The position numbers and the translations under genes were made by a program. A stretch of DNA of 64,000 nt, from assembly GCF_009914755.1 (NCBI RefSeq), contig NC_060943.1; one strand, written 5' to 3'. Shown here one piece after another: positions 51,901 to 64,000 of this stretch. The stretch is from the human T2T-CHM13v2.0 reference genome, Homo sapiens. Below the pieces are notes generated by a model, which had not been told where the DNA came from, ran no database searches, and saw only the letters and a list, made by a program, of their open reading frames with translations. The first letter of the stretch is position 1; every line of letters begins with the position of its first letter.

Positions 51901-54900
51901 AGACAGAAGAATTCTCAGTAACTTCCTTGTGTTGTGTGTATTCAACTCACAGAGTTGAACAATCCTTTACACAGAGCAGACTTGAAACACTCTTTTTGTG
52001 GAATTTGCAAGTGGAGATTTCAGCCGCTTTGAGGTCAATGGTAGAATAGGAAATATCTTCCTATAGAAACTAGACAGAATGATTCTCAGAAACTCCTTTG
52101 TGATGTGTGCGTTCAACTCACAGAGTTTAACCTTTCTTTTCATAGAGCAGTTAGGAAACACTCTGTTTGTAAAGTCTGCAAGTGGATATTCAGACATCCT
52201 TGAGGCTTTCGTTGGAAACGGGATTTCTTCATATTCTGCTAGAAAGAAGAATTCTCAGTAACTTCCTTGTGTTGTGTGTATTCAACTCACAGAGTTGAAC
52301 GATCCTTTACACAGAACAGTCTTGAAACACTCTTTTTGTGGAATTTGCAATTGGAGATTTCAGCCGCTTTGAGGTCAATGGTAGAATAGGAAATATCTTC
52401 CTATAGAAACTAGACAGAATGATTCTCAGAAACACCTTTGTGATGTGTGCGTTCAACTCACAGAGTTTAACCTTTCTTTTCATAGAGCAGTTAGGAAACA
52501 CTCTGTTTGTAAAGTCTGCAAGTGGATATTCAGACATCTTTGAGACCTTCGTTGGAAACGGGATTTCTTCATGTTCTGCTAGACAGAAGAATTCTCAGAA
52601 ACTTCCTTGTGTTGTGTGTTTTCAACTCACAGAGTTGAACGATGCTTTACACAGAGTAGACTTGAAACACTCTTTTTGTGTAATTTGCAAGTGGAGATTT
52701 CAGCCGCTTTGAAGTCAATGGTAGAAAAGGAAATATCTTCGTATAAAAACTAGACAGAATGATTCTCAGAAACTCCTTTGTGATGTGTGCGTTCAACTCA
52801 CAGAGTTTAACCTTTCTTTTCATAGAGCAGTTAGGAAACACTCTGTTTGTTATGTCTGCAAGTGGATATTCAGTCCTCTTTGAGGCCATCGTTGGAAACG
52901 GGATTTCTTCATATTATGCTAGACAGAAGAATTCTCAGTAACTTCCTTGTGTTGTGTGTATTCAACTCACAGATTTCAACGATCCTTTACACAGAGCAGA
53001 CTTGAAACACTCTTTTTCTGGAATTTGCAAGTGGAGATTTCAGCCGCTTTGAGGTCAATGGTAGAATAGGAAATATCTTCCTATAGAAACTAGACAGAAT
53101 GATTCTCAGAAACTCCTTTGTGATGTGTGCGTTCAACTCACAGAGTTTAACCTTTCTTTTCATAGAGCAGTTAGGAAACACTCTGTTTGTAAAGTCTGCA
53201 AGTGGATATTCAGACCTCCTTGAGGCCTTCGTTGGAAACGGGATTTCTTCATATTATGCTAGACAGAAGAATTCTCAGAAACTTCCTTGTGTTGTGTGTT
53301 TTCAACTCACAGAGTTGAACGATCCTTTACACAGAGTAGACTTGAAACACTCTTTTTGTGGAATTTGCAAGTGGAAATTTCAGCTGCTTTGAGGTCAATG
53401 GTAGAAAAGGAAATATCTTCCTATAGAAACTAGACAGAATGATTCTCAGAAACTCCTTTGTGATGTGTGCGTTCAACTCACAGAGTTTAACCTTTCTTTT
53501 CATAGAGCAGTTAGGAAACACTCTGTTTGTAAAGTCTGCAAGTGGATATTCAGACATCTTTGAGGCTTTCGTTGGAAACGGGATTTCTTCGTATTCTGCT
53601 ATACAGAAGAATTCTCAGAAACTTCCTTGTGTTGTGTGTTTTCAACTCACAGATTTGAACGATGCTTTACACAGAGTAGACTTGAAACACTCTTTTTGTG
53701 GAATTTGCAAGTGGAGATTTCAGCCGCTTTGAGGTCAATGGTAGAATAGGAAATATCTTCCTATAGAAACTAGACAGAATGATTCTCAGAAACTCCTTTG
53801 TGATGTGTGCGTTCAACTCACAGAGTTTAACCTTTCTTTTCATAGAGCAGTTAGGAAACACTCTGTTTTTATAGTCTGCAAGTGGATATTCAGACCTCTT
53901 TGAGGCCTTCGTTGGAAACGGGATTTCTTCATATTCTGCTAGAGAGAAGAATTCGCAGTAACTTCATTGTGTTGTCGGTATTCAACTCACAGAGTTCAAC
54001 GATCCTTTACACAGAGCAGACTTGAAACACTCTTTTTGTGGAATTTGCAAGTGGAGATTTCAGCCGCTTTGAGGTCAATGGTAGAAAAGGAAATATCTTC
54101 CTATAGAAACTAGACAGAATGATTCTCAGAAACTCCTTTGTGATGTGTGCGTTCAACTCACAGAGTTTAACCTTTCTTTTCATAGACCAGTTAGGAAACA
54201 CTCTGTTTTTATAGTCTGTAAGTGGATATTCAGACATCTTTGAGGCCTTCGTTGGAAACGGGATTTCTTCATATTCTGCTATACAGAAGAATTCTCAGAA
54301 ACTTCCTTGTGTTGTGTGTTTTCAACTCACAGAGTTGAACGATGCTTTACACAGAGTAGACTTGAAACACTCTTTTTGTGTAATTTGCTAGTGGAGATTT
54401 CAGCCGCTTTGAGTTCAATGGTAGAAAAAGAAATATCTTCGTATAAAAATTAGACAGAATGATTCTCAGAAACTCCTTTGTGATGTGTGCGTTCAACTCA
54501 CAGAGTTTAACCTTTCTTTTCATAGAGCAGTTAGGATACACTCTGTTTTTAAAGTCTGCAAGTGTATATTCAGACATCCTTGAGGCTTTCGTTGCAAACG
54601 GGATTTCTTCATATTCTGCTATACAGAAGAATTCTCAGAAACTTCCCTGTGTTGTGTGAATTCAACTCACAGAGTTGAACGATCCTTTACACAGAGCAGA
54701 CTTGAAACACTCTTTTTGTGGAATTTGCAAGTGGAGATTTCAGCCGCTTTGAGGTCAATGGTAGAATAGGGAATATCTTCCTATAGAAACTAGACAAAAT
54801 GATTCTCAGAAACTCCTTTGTGATGTGTGCGTTCAACTCACAGAGTTTAACCTTTCTTTTCATAGAGCAGTTAGGAAACACTCTGTTTGTAAAGACTGCA

Positions 54901-55170
54901 AGTGGATATTCAGACCTCCTTGAGGCCTTCGTTGGAAACAGGATTTCTTCATATTATGCTAGACAGAAGAATTCTCAGTAACTTCCTTGTGTTGTGTGTA
55001 TTCAACTCACAGAGTTGAACAATCCTTTACACAGAGCAGACTTGAAACACTCTTTTTGTGGAATTTGCAAGTGGAGATTTCAGCCGCTTTGAGGTCAATG
55101 GTAGAATAGGAAATATCTTCCTATAGAAACTAGACAGAATGATTCTCAGAAACTCCTTTGTGATGTGTGC
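48980..55170 (+). repeat. Near-perfect tandem duplication of 3060 bp (9 dimers, 18-mer)
   Basis: Private variants present in both copies: tatgtctgca 49791/52851; gtggaaattt 50311/53371; ttaggataca 51471/54531; tagacaaaat 51731/54791; aatcct 51961/55021. Only two differences seen (49485/52545, 51277/54337). Confidence 0.93.
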
Positions 55171-58100
55171 ATTCAACTCACAGAGTTTAACCTTTCTTTT
55201 CATAGAGCAGTTAGGAAACACTCTGTTTGTAAAGTCTGCAAGTGGATATTCAGACCTCTTTGAGGCCTTCGTTGGAAACGGGATTTCTTCATATTCTGCT
55301 AGAGAGAAGAATTCTCAGTAACTTCCTTGTGTTGTGTGTATTCAACTCACAGAGTTGAACGATCCTTTACACAGAGCAGACTTGAAACACTCTTGTTGTG
55401 TAATTTGCAAGTGGAGATTTCAGCCGCTTTGAGGTCAATGGTAGAATAGGAAATATCTTCCTATAGAAACTAGACAGAATGATTCTCAGAAACTCCTTTG
55501 TGATGTGTGTGTTCAACTCACAGAGTTTAACCTTTCTTTTCATAGAGCAGTTAGGAAACACTCTGTTTGTAAAGTCTGCAAGTGGATATTCAGACCTCTT
55601 TGAGGCCTTCGTTGGAAACGGGATTTCTTCATATTCTGCTAGACAGAAGAATTCTCAGTAACTTCCTTGTGTTGTGTGAATTCACCTCACAGAGTTGAAC
55701 GATCGTTTACACAGAGCAGACTTGAAACACTCTTTTTGTGGAATTTGCAAGTGGAGATTTCAGCCGCTTTGTGGTCAATAGTAGAATAGGAAATATCTTC
55801 CTATAGAAACTAGACAGAATGATTGTCAGAAACTCCTTTGTGATGTGTGCGTTCAACTCACAGAGTTTATCCTTTCTTTTCATAGAGCAGTTAGGAAACA
55901 CTCTGTTTGTAAAGTCTGCAAGTGGATATTCAGACATCTTTGAGGCTTTCATTGGAAACGGGATTTCTTCATATTCTGCTATACAGAAGAATTCTCAGAA
56001 ACTTCCTTGTGTTCTGTGTTTTCAACTCACAGAGTTGAACGATGCTTTACACAGAGTAGACTTGAAACACTCTTGTGGAATTTGCAAGTGGAGATTTCAT
56101 CCGCTTTGAGGTCAATGGTAGAATAGGAAATATCTTCCTATAGAAACTAGACAGAATGATTCTCAGAAACTCTTTTGTGATGTGTGCGTTCAACTCACAG
56201 AGTTTAACCATTCTTTTCATAGAGGAGTTAGGAAACACTCTGTTTGAAAAGTCTGCAAGTGGATATTCTGACCTCCTTGAGGCCTTCGTTGGAAACGGGA
56301 TTTCTTCATATTATGCTGGACAGAAGAATTCTCAGTAACTTCCTTGTAGTGTGTGTATTCAACTCACAGAGTTAAACGATCCTTTACACAGAGCAGACTT
56401 GAAACACTCTTTTTGTGGAATTTCCAAGTGGAGATTTCAGCCGCTTTGAGGTCAATGGTAGAATAGGAAATATCTTCCTATAGAAACTAGACAGAATGAT
56501 TCTCAGAAACTCCTTTGTGATGTGTGCGTTCAACTCACAGAGTTTAACCTTTCTTTTCATAGAGCAGTTAGGAAACACTCTGTTTTTATAGTCTGCAAGT
56601 GGATATTCAGACATCTTTGAGGCCTTCGTTGGAAACGTGATTTCTTCATATTCTGCTATACAGAAGAATTCTCAGAAACTTCCTTGTGTTGTGTGTTTTC
56701 AACTCACAGAGTTGAACGATGCTTTACACAGAGTAGACTTGAAACACTCTTTTTGTGTAATTTGCAAGTGGAGATTTCAGCCGCTTTGAGGTCAATGGTA
56801 GAAAAGGAAATATCTTCGTATAAAAACTAGACAGAATGATTCTCAGAAACTACTTTGTGATGTGTGCGTTCAACTCACAGAGTTTAACCTTTCTTTTCAT
56901 AGAGCAGTTAGGAAACACTCTGTTTGTAAAGTCTGCAAGTGGATATTCAGACATCCTTGAGGCTTTCGTTGGAAACGGGATTTCTTCATATTCTGCTATA
57001 CAGAAGAATTATCAGAAACTTCCTTGTGTTGTGTGTTTTCAACTCACAGAGTTGAACGATGCTTTACACAGTGTAGACTTGAAACACTCTTGTTGTGGAA
57101 TTTGCAAGTGGAGATTTCAGCCGCTTTGAGGTCAATGGTAGAATAGGAAATATCTTCCTATAGAAACTAGACAGAATGATTCTCAGAAACTCCTTTGTGA
57201 TGTGTGCGTTCAACTCACAGAGTTTAACCTTTCTTTTCATAGAGCAGTTAGGAAACACTCTGTTTGTAAAGTCTGCAAGTGGATATTCAGACCTCTTTGA
57301 GGCCTTCGTTTGAAACGGGATTTCTTCATATTCTGCTAGAAAGAAGAATTCTCAGTAACTTCCTTGTGTTGTGTGTATTCAACTCACAGAGTTGAATGAT
57401 CCTTTACACAGAACAGACTTGAAACACTCTTTTTGTGGAATTTGCAAGTGGAGATTTCAGCTGCTTTGAGGTCAATGGTAGAAAAGGAAATATCTTCCTA
57501 TAGAAACTAGACAGAATGATTCTCAGAAACTCCTTTGTGATGTGTGCGTTCAACTCACAGAGTTTAACCTTTCTTTTCATAGAGCAGTTAGGAAACACTC
57601 TGTTTGTAAAGTCTGCAAGTGGATATTCAGACATCTTTGAGGCTTTCGTTGGAAACGGGATTTCTTCGTATTCTGCTATACAGAAGAATTCTCAGAAACT
57701 TCCTTGTGTTGTGTGTTTTCAACTCACAGATTTGAACGATGCTTTACAAAGAGTAGACTTGAAACACTCTTTTTGTGGAATTTGCAAGTGGAGATTTCAG
57801 CCGCTTTGAGGTCAATGGTAGAATAGGAAATATCTTCCTATAGAAACTAGACAGAATGATTCTCAGAAACTCCTTTGTGATGTGTGCGTTCAACTCACAG
57901 AGTTTAACCTTTCTTTTCATAGAGCAGTTAGGAAACACTCTGTTTTTATAGTCTGCAAGTGGATATTCAGACATCTTTGAGGCCTTCGTTGGAAACGGGA
58001 TTACTTCATATTCTGCTATACAGAAGAATTCTCAGAAACTTCCTTGTGTTGTGTGTTTTCAACTCACAGAGTTCAACGATGCTTTACACAGAGTAGACTT

Positions 58101-61100
58101 GAAACACTCTTTTTGTGTAATTTGCAAGTGGAGATTTCAGCCGCTTTGAGGTCAATGGTAGAAAACGAAATATCTTCGTATAAAAACTAGACAGAATGAT
58201 TCTCAGAAACTCCTTTGTGATGTGTGCGTTCAACTCACAGAGTTTAACCTTTCTTTTCATAGAGCAGTTAGGAAACACTCTGTTTGTAAAGTCTGCAAGT
58301 GGATATTCAGACATCCTTGAGGCTTTCGTTGGAAACGGGATTTCTTCATATTCTGCTAGAAAGAAGAATTCTCAGTAACTTCCTTGTGTTGTGTGTATTC
58401 AACTCACAGAGTTGAATGATCCTTTACACAGAACAGACTTGAAACACTCTTTTTGTGGAATTTGCAAGTGGAGATTTCAGCCGCTTTGTGGTCAATGGTA
58501 GAATAGGAAATATCTTCCTATAGAAACTAGACAGAATGATTCTCAGAAACTCCTTTGTGATGTCTGCGTTCAACTCACAGAGTTAAACTTTCTTTTCATA
58601 GAGCAGTTAGGAAACACTCTGTTTGTAAAGTCTGCAAGTGGATATTCAGACCTCCTTGAGGCCTTCGTTGGAAAAGGGATTTCTTCATATTATGCTAGAC
58701 AGAAGAATTCTCAGTAACTTCCTTGTGTTGTGTGTATTCAAATCACAGAGTTGAACGATCCTTTACACAGAGCAGACTTGAAACACTTTTTGTGGAATTT
58801 GCAAGCGGAGATTTCAGCCGCTTTGAGGTCAATGGTAGAATAGGAAATATCTTCCTATAGAAACTAGACAGAATGATTCTCAGAAACTCCTTTGTGATGT
58901 GTGCGTTCAACTCACAGAGTTTAACCTTTCTTTTCATAGAGCAGTTAGGAAACACTCTGTTTGTAAAGTCTGCAAGTGGATATTCAGACCTCTTTGAGGC
59001 CTTCGTTGGAAACGGGATTTCTTCATATTCTGCTAGACAGAAGAATTCTCAGTAACTTCCTTGTGTTGTGTGTATTCAACTCACAGAGTTGAATGATCCT
59101 TTACACAGAACAGACTTGAAACACTCTTTTTGTGGAATTTGCAAGTGGAGATTTCAGCCGCTTTGAGGTCAATGGTAGAATAGGAAATATCTTCCTATAG
59201 AAACTAGACAGAATGATTCTCAGAAACTCCTTTGTGATGTGTGCGTTCAACTCACAGAGTTTAACCTTTCTTTTCATAGAGCAGTTAGGAAACACTCTGT
59301 TTGTAAAGTCTGCAAGTGGATATTCAGACCTCCTTGAGGCCTTCGTTGGAAATGGGATTTCTTCATATTATGCTAGACAGAAGAATTCTCAGTAACTTCC
59401 TTGTGTTGTGTGTATTCAACTCACAGAGTTGAACGATCCTTTACACAGAGCATACTTGAAACACTCTTGTTGTGGAATTTGCAAGTGGAGATTTCAGCCG
59501 CTTTGAGGTCAATGGTAGAATAGGAAACATCTTCCTATAGAAACTAGACAGAATGATTCTCAGAAACTCCCTTGTGATGTGTGCGTTCAACTCACAGAGT
59601 TTAACCTTTCTTTTCATAGAGCAGTTAGGAAACACTCTGTTTGTAAAGTCTGCAAGTGGATATTCAGACCTCTTTGAGGCCTTCGTTGGAAACGGGATTT
59701 CTTCATATTATGCTAGACAGAAGAATTCTCAGTAACTTCTTTGTGTTGTGTGTTTTCAACTCACAGAGTTCAACGATCCTTTACACAGAGTAGACTTGAA
59801 ACACTCTTTTTGTGGAATTGGCAAGTGGAGATTTCAGCCGCTTTGAGGTCAATGGTAGAATAGGAAATATCTTCCTATAGAAACTAGACAGAATGATTCT
59901 CAGAAACTCCTTTCTGATGTGTGCGTTCAACTCACAGAGTTTAACCTTTCTTTTCATAGAGCAGTTAGGAAACACTCTGTTTGTAAAGTCTGCAAGTGGA
60001 TATTCAGACATCTTTGAGGGTTTCATTGGAAACGGGATTTCTTCATATTCTGCTAGACAGAAGAATTCTCAGAAACTTCGTTGTGTTGTGTGTTTTCAAC
60101 TCACAGAGTTCAACGATCCTTTACACAGAGTAGACTTGAAACACTCTTTTTGTGGAATTGGCAGGGTGGAGATTTCAGCCGCTTTGAAGTCAATGGTAGA
60201 AAAGGAAATATCTTCGTATAAAAACTAGACAGAGTGATTCTCAGAAACTCCTTTGTGATGTCTGCGTTCAACTCACAGAGTTTAACCTTTCTTTTCATAG
60301 AGCAGTTAGGAAACACTCTGTTTGTAAAGTCTGCAAGTGGATATTCAGACCTCCTTGAGGCCTTCGTTGGAAATGGGATTTCTTCATATTATGCTAGACA
60401 GAAGAATTCTCAGAAACTTCCTTGTGTTGTGTGTATTCAACTCACAGAGTTGAACGATCGTTTACACAGAACAGACTTGAGACACTCTTTTTGTGCAATT
60501 TGTAAGTGGAGATTTCAGCCGCTTTGAGGTCAATGGTAGAAAAGGAAATATCTTCATATAAAAACTAGACAGAATGATTCTCAGAAACTCCTTTGTGATG
60601 TGTGCGTTCAACTCACAGAGTTTAACCTTTCTTTTCATAGAGCAGTTAGGAAACACTCTGTTTGTAAAGTCTGCAAGTGGATATTCAGACCTCCTTGAGG
60701 CCTTCGTTGGAAACGGGATTTCTTCATATTATGCTAGACAGAAGAATTCTCAGTAACTTCCTTGTGTTGTGTGTATTCAACTCACAGGGTTGAACGATCC
60801 TTTACACAGAGCAGACTTGAAACACTCTTTTTGTGGAATTTGCAAGTGGAGATTTCAGCCGCTTTGAGTTCAATGGTAGAATAGGAAATATCTTCCTATA
60901 GAAACTAGACAGAATGATTCTCAGAAACTCCTTTGTGATGTGTGCGTTCAACTCACAGAGTTCAACCTTTCTTTTCATAGAGCAGTTGGGAAACACTCTG
61001 TTTGTAAAGTCTGCAAGTGGATATTCAGACTTCTTTGAGGCCTTCGTTGGAAGCGGGATTTCTTCATATTCTGCTAGACAGAAGAATTCTCAGTAACTTC

Positions 61101-61449
61101 CTTGTGTTGTGTGTATTCAACTCACAGAGTTGAATGATCCTTTACACAGAACAGACTTGAAACACTCTTGTTGTGGAATTTGCAAGTGGAGATTTCAGCC
61201 GCTTTGAGGTCAACGGTAGAATAGGAAATATCTTCCTATAGAAACTAGACAGAATGATTCTCAGAAACTCCTTTGTGATGTGTGCGTTCAACTCACAGAG
61301 TTTAACCTTTCTTTTCATAGAGCAGTTAGGAAACACTCTGTTTGTAAAGTCTGCAAGTGGATATTCAGACCTCCTTGAGGCCTTCGTTGGAAACGGGATT
61401 TCTTCATATTATGCTAGACAGAAGAATTCTCAGTAACTTCCTTGTGTTG

Positions 61450-62700
61450 TGTGTATTCAACTCACAGAGTTGAACGATCCTTTACACAGAGCAGACTTGA
61501 AACACTCTTTTTGTGGAATTTGCAAGTGGAGATGTCAGCCGCTTTGAGGTCAATGGTAGAATAGGAAATATCTTCCTATAGAAACTAGACAGAATGATTC
61601 TCAGAAACTCCTTTGTGATGTGTGCGTTCAACTTACAGAGTTCAACCTTTCTTTTCATAGAGCAGTTGGGAAACACTCTGTTTGTAAAGTCTGCAAGTGG
61701 ATATTCGGACTTATTTGAGGCCTTCGTTGGAAGCGGGATTTCTTCATATTCTGCTAGACAGAAGAATTCTCAGTAACTTCCTTGTGTTGTGTGTATTCAA
61801 CTCACAGAGTTGAACGATCCTTTACACAGAGCAGACTTGAAACACTATTTTGTGGAATTTGCAAGTGGAGATTTCAGCCGCTTTGAGGTCAATGGTAGAA
61901 TAGGAAATATCTTCCTATAGAAACTAGACAGAATGATTCTCAGAAACTCCTTTGTGATGTGTGCGTTCAACTCACAGAGTTTAACCTTTCTTTTCATAGA
62001 GCAGTTAGGAAACACTCTGTTTGTAAAGTCTGCAAGTGGATATTCAGACATCCTTGAGGCTTTCGTTGGAAACGGGATTTCTTCATATTCTGCTAGAAAG
62101 AAGAATTCTCTGTAACTTCCTTGTGTTGTGTGTATTCAACTCACAGAGTTGAATGATCCTTTACACAGAACAGTCTTGAAACACTCTTTTTGTGGAATTT
62201 GCAAGTGGAGATTTCAGCCGCTTTGAGGTCAATGGCAGAATAGGAAATATCTTCCTATAGAAACTAGACAGAATGATTCTCAGAAACTCCTTTGTGATGT
62301 GTGCGTTCAACTCACAGAGTTTAACCTTTCTTTTCATAGAGCAGTTAGGAAACACTCTGTTTGTAAAGTCTGCAAGTGGATATTCAGACATCTTTGAGGC
62401 TTTCGTTGGAAACGGGATTTCTTCATATTCTGCTAGACAGAAGAATTCTCAGAAACTTCGTTGTGTTGTGTGTTTTCAACTCACAGAGTTCAACGATCCT
62501 TTACACAGAGTAGACTTGAAACACTCTTTTTGTGGAATTGGCAGGGTGGAGATTTCAGCCGCTTTGAGGTCAATGGTAGAAAAAGAAATATCTTCGTATA
62601 AAAACTAGACAGAGTGATTCTCAGAAACTCCTTTGTGATGTCTGCGTTCAACTCACAGAGTTTAACCTTTCTTTTCATAGAGCAGTTAGGAAACACTCTG
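61450..62700 (+). repeat. ~1.2-kb dispersed copy of ~20330-21570 (offset 41126); partial third copy at ~47180-48080
   Basis: Shared ttcaacttac, cggacttattt, cactattttgtg (-1), ttctctgtaac, aatggcagaa and attggcagggtgg. Confidence 0.8.
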
Positions 62701-64000
62701 TTTGTAAAGTCTGCAAGTGGATATAGAGACCTCCTTGAGGCCTTCGTTGGAAACGGGATTTCTTCATATTCTGCTATACAGAAGAATTCTCAGAAACTTC
62801 CTTGTGTTGTGTGTATTCAACTCACAGAGTTGAACGATCGTTTACACAGAGCAGACTTGAGACACTCTTTTTGTGGAATTTGTAAGTGGAGATTTCAGCC
62901 GCTTTGAGGTCAATGGTAGAAAAGGAAATATCTTCATATAAAAACTAGACAGAATGATTCTCAGAAACTCCTTTGTGATGTGTGCGTTCAACTCACAGAG
63001 TTTAACCTTTCTTTTCATAGAGCAGTTAGGAAACACTCTGTTTGTAAAGTCTGCAAGTGGATATTCAGACATCTTAGAGGCCTTCGTTGGAAACGGGATT
63101 TCTTCATATTCTGCTAGAAAGAAGAATTCTCAGTAACTTCCTTGTGTTGTGTGTATTCAACTCACAGAGTTGAATGATCCTTTACACAGAACAGTCTTGA
63201 AACACTCTTTTTGTGGAATTTGCAAGTGGAGATTTCAGCCTCTTTGAGGTCAATGTTAGAAAAGGAAATATCTTCGTATAAAAACTAGACAGAATGATTC
63301 TCAGAAACTCCTTTGTGATGTGTGCGTTCAACTCACAGAGTTTAACCTTTCTTTTCATAGAGCAGTTAGGAAACACTCTGTTTGTAAAGTCTGCAAGTGG
63401 ATATTCAGACCTCTTTGAGGCCTTCGTTGGAAACGGGATTTCTTCATATTCTGCTAGAGAGAAGAATTCTCAGTAACTTCCTTGTGTTGTGTGTATTCAA
63501 CTCACAGAGTTCAACGATCCTTTACACAGAGCAGACTTGAAACACTCTTTTTCTGGAATTTGCAAGTGGAGATTTCAGCCGCTTTGAGGTCAATGGTAGA
63601 AAAGGTAATATCTTCCTATAAAAACTAGACAGAATGATTCTCAGAAACTCCTTTGTGATGTGTGCGTTCAACTCACAGAGGTTAACCTTTCTTTTCATAG
63701 AGTAGTTAGGAAACACTCTGTTTGTAAAGTCTGCAATTGGAGATTCAGACCTCCTTGAGGCCTTCGTTGGAAACGGGATTTCTTCATATTATGCTAGACA
63801 GAAGAATTCTCAGTAAGTTCCTTGTAGTGTGTGTATTCAACTCACAGAGTTAAATGATCCTTTACACAGAGCATACTTGAAAAACTCTTTTTGTGGAATT
63901 TGCAAGTGGAGATTTCAGCCGCTTTGAGGTCAATGGTAGAAAAGGAAGTATCTCCCTATAGAAACGAGACAGAATGATCCTCAGAAACTCCTTTGTGATG

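Larger units (their letters stand above)
1..64000 (+). repeat. Centromeric alpha-satellite array, suprachromosomal family 1 (J1/J2 dimeric; D1Z7/D5Z2/D19Z3-like), ~188 head-to-tail 340-bp dimers, continuing beyond both window ends
   Basis: 340-bp periodicity throughout (ORF-track starts 78, 418, 758 ...). Each unit has two related ~170-bp halves (ttctcagaaactcctttgtgatgtgtgcgttcaactcacagagttt vs ttctcagtaacttccttgtgttgtgtgtattcaactcacagagttg), a CENP-B box in alternate monomers and an EcoRI site. The chr1/5/19 family assignment is from recall, not a search, and the specific chromosome cannot be determined. Confidence 0.97.

Noticed and set aside
78-63716. Hundreds of 60-111 aa ORFs on both strands (MILRNSF..., MFPNCSM...)
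   Set aside because: They are chance frames in the 340-bp satellite unit. Stops and frameshifts come and go freely, ORFs overlap on opposite strands, and no recognisable protein domain is present.
1-64000. CRISPR-like or other repeat-spacer system
   Set aside because: There are no unique spacers; the entire unit is repeated, and no cas or other genes are present.
1-64000. L1/Alu/ERV insertion or inversion within the array
   Set aside because: The dimer register is continuous, with only 1-4 bp shifts. I saw no poly-A tail, foreign sequence or reverse-orientation CENP-B box.
1-64000. Assignment to a specific chromosome (1, 5 or 19)
   Set aside because: These chromosomes share this HOR family, and a k-mer or alignment search would be required.

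Overview
The whole 64 kb window is one uninterrupted, single-orientation array of primate (almost certainly human) centromeric alpha-satellite DNA of suprachromosomal family 1. It consists of about 188 copies of the 340-bp EcoRI dimer (171+169 bp monomers), matching from memory the D1Z7/D5Z2/D19Z3 (chr1/5/19) type. Each dimer has one CENP-B box position and one pJalpha-box position. I see no genes, RNA genes, transposons, CRISPR arrays or inversions, and the ORF track is an artefact of the repeat. I cannot support a novel protein-coding system here. The interesting information lies in how variant dimers are arranged. (i) A very homogeneous 2040-bp 12-mer repeat (1-~5440) gives way to a heterogeneous zone (~5.4-11.3 kb). 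(ii) After that comes a mosaic of multi-kb duplications: partial 18-mer, 16-mer and 22-mer periodicities, a near-perfect 3060-bp tandem, and 3.4-7.3 kb dispersed copies forming a ~15-17 kb macro-repeat. (iii) A ~4.9-kb near-consensus dimer island is bracketed by ~1.58-kb direct repeats. (iv) Co-varying substitutions turn the pJalpha-box region into a perfect hairpin in the dominant dimer type. All alignments and counts were done by eye, so breakpoints are approximate.
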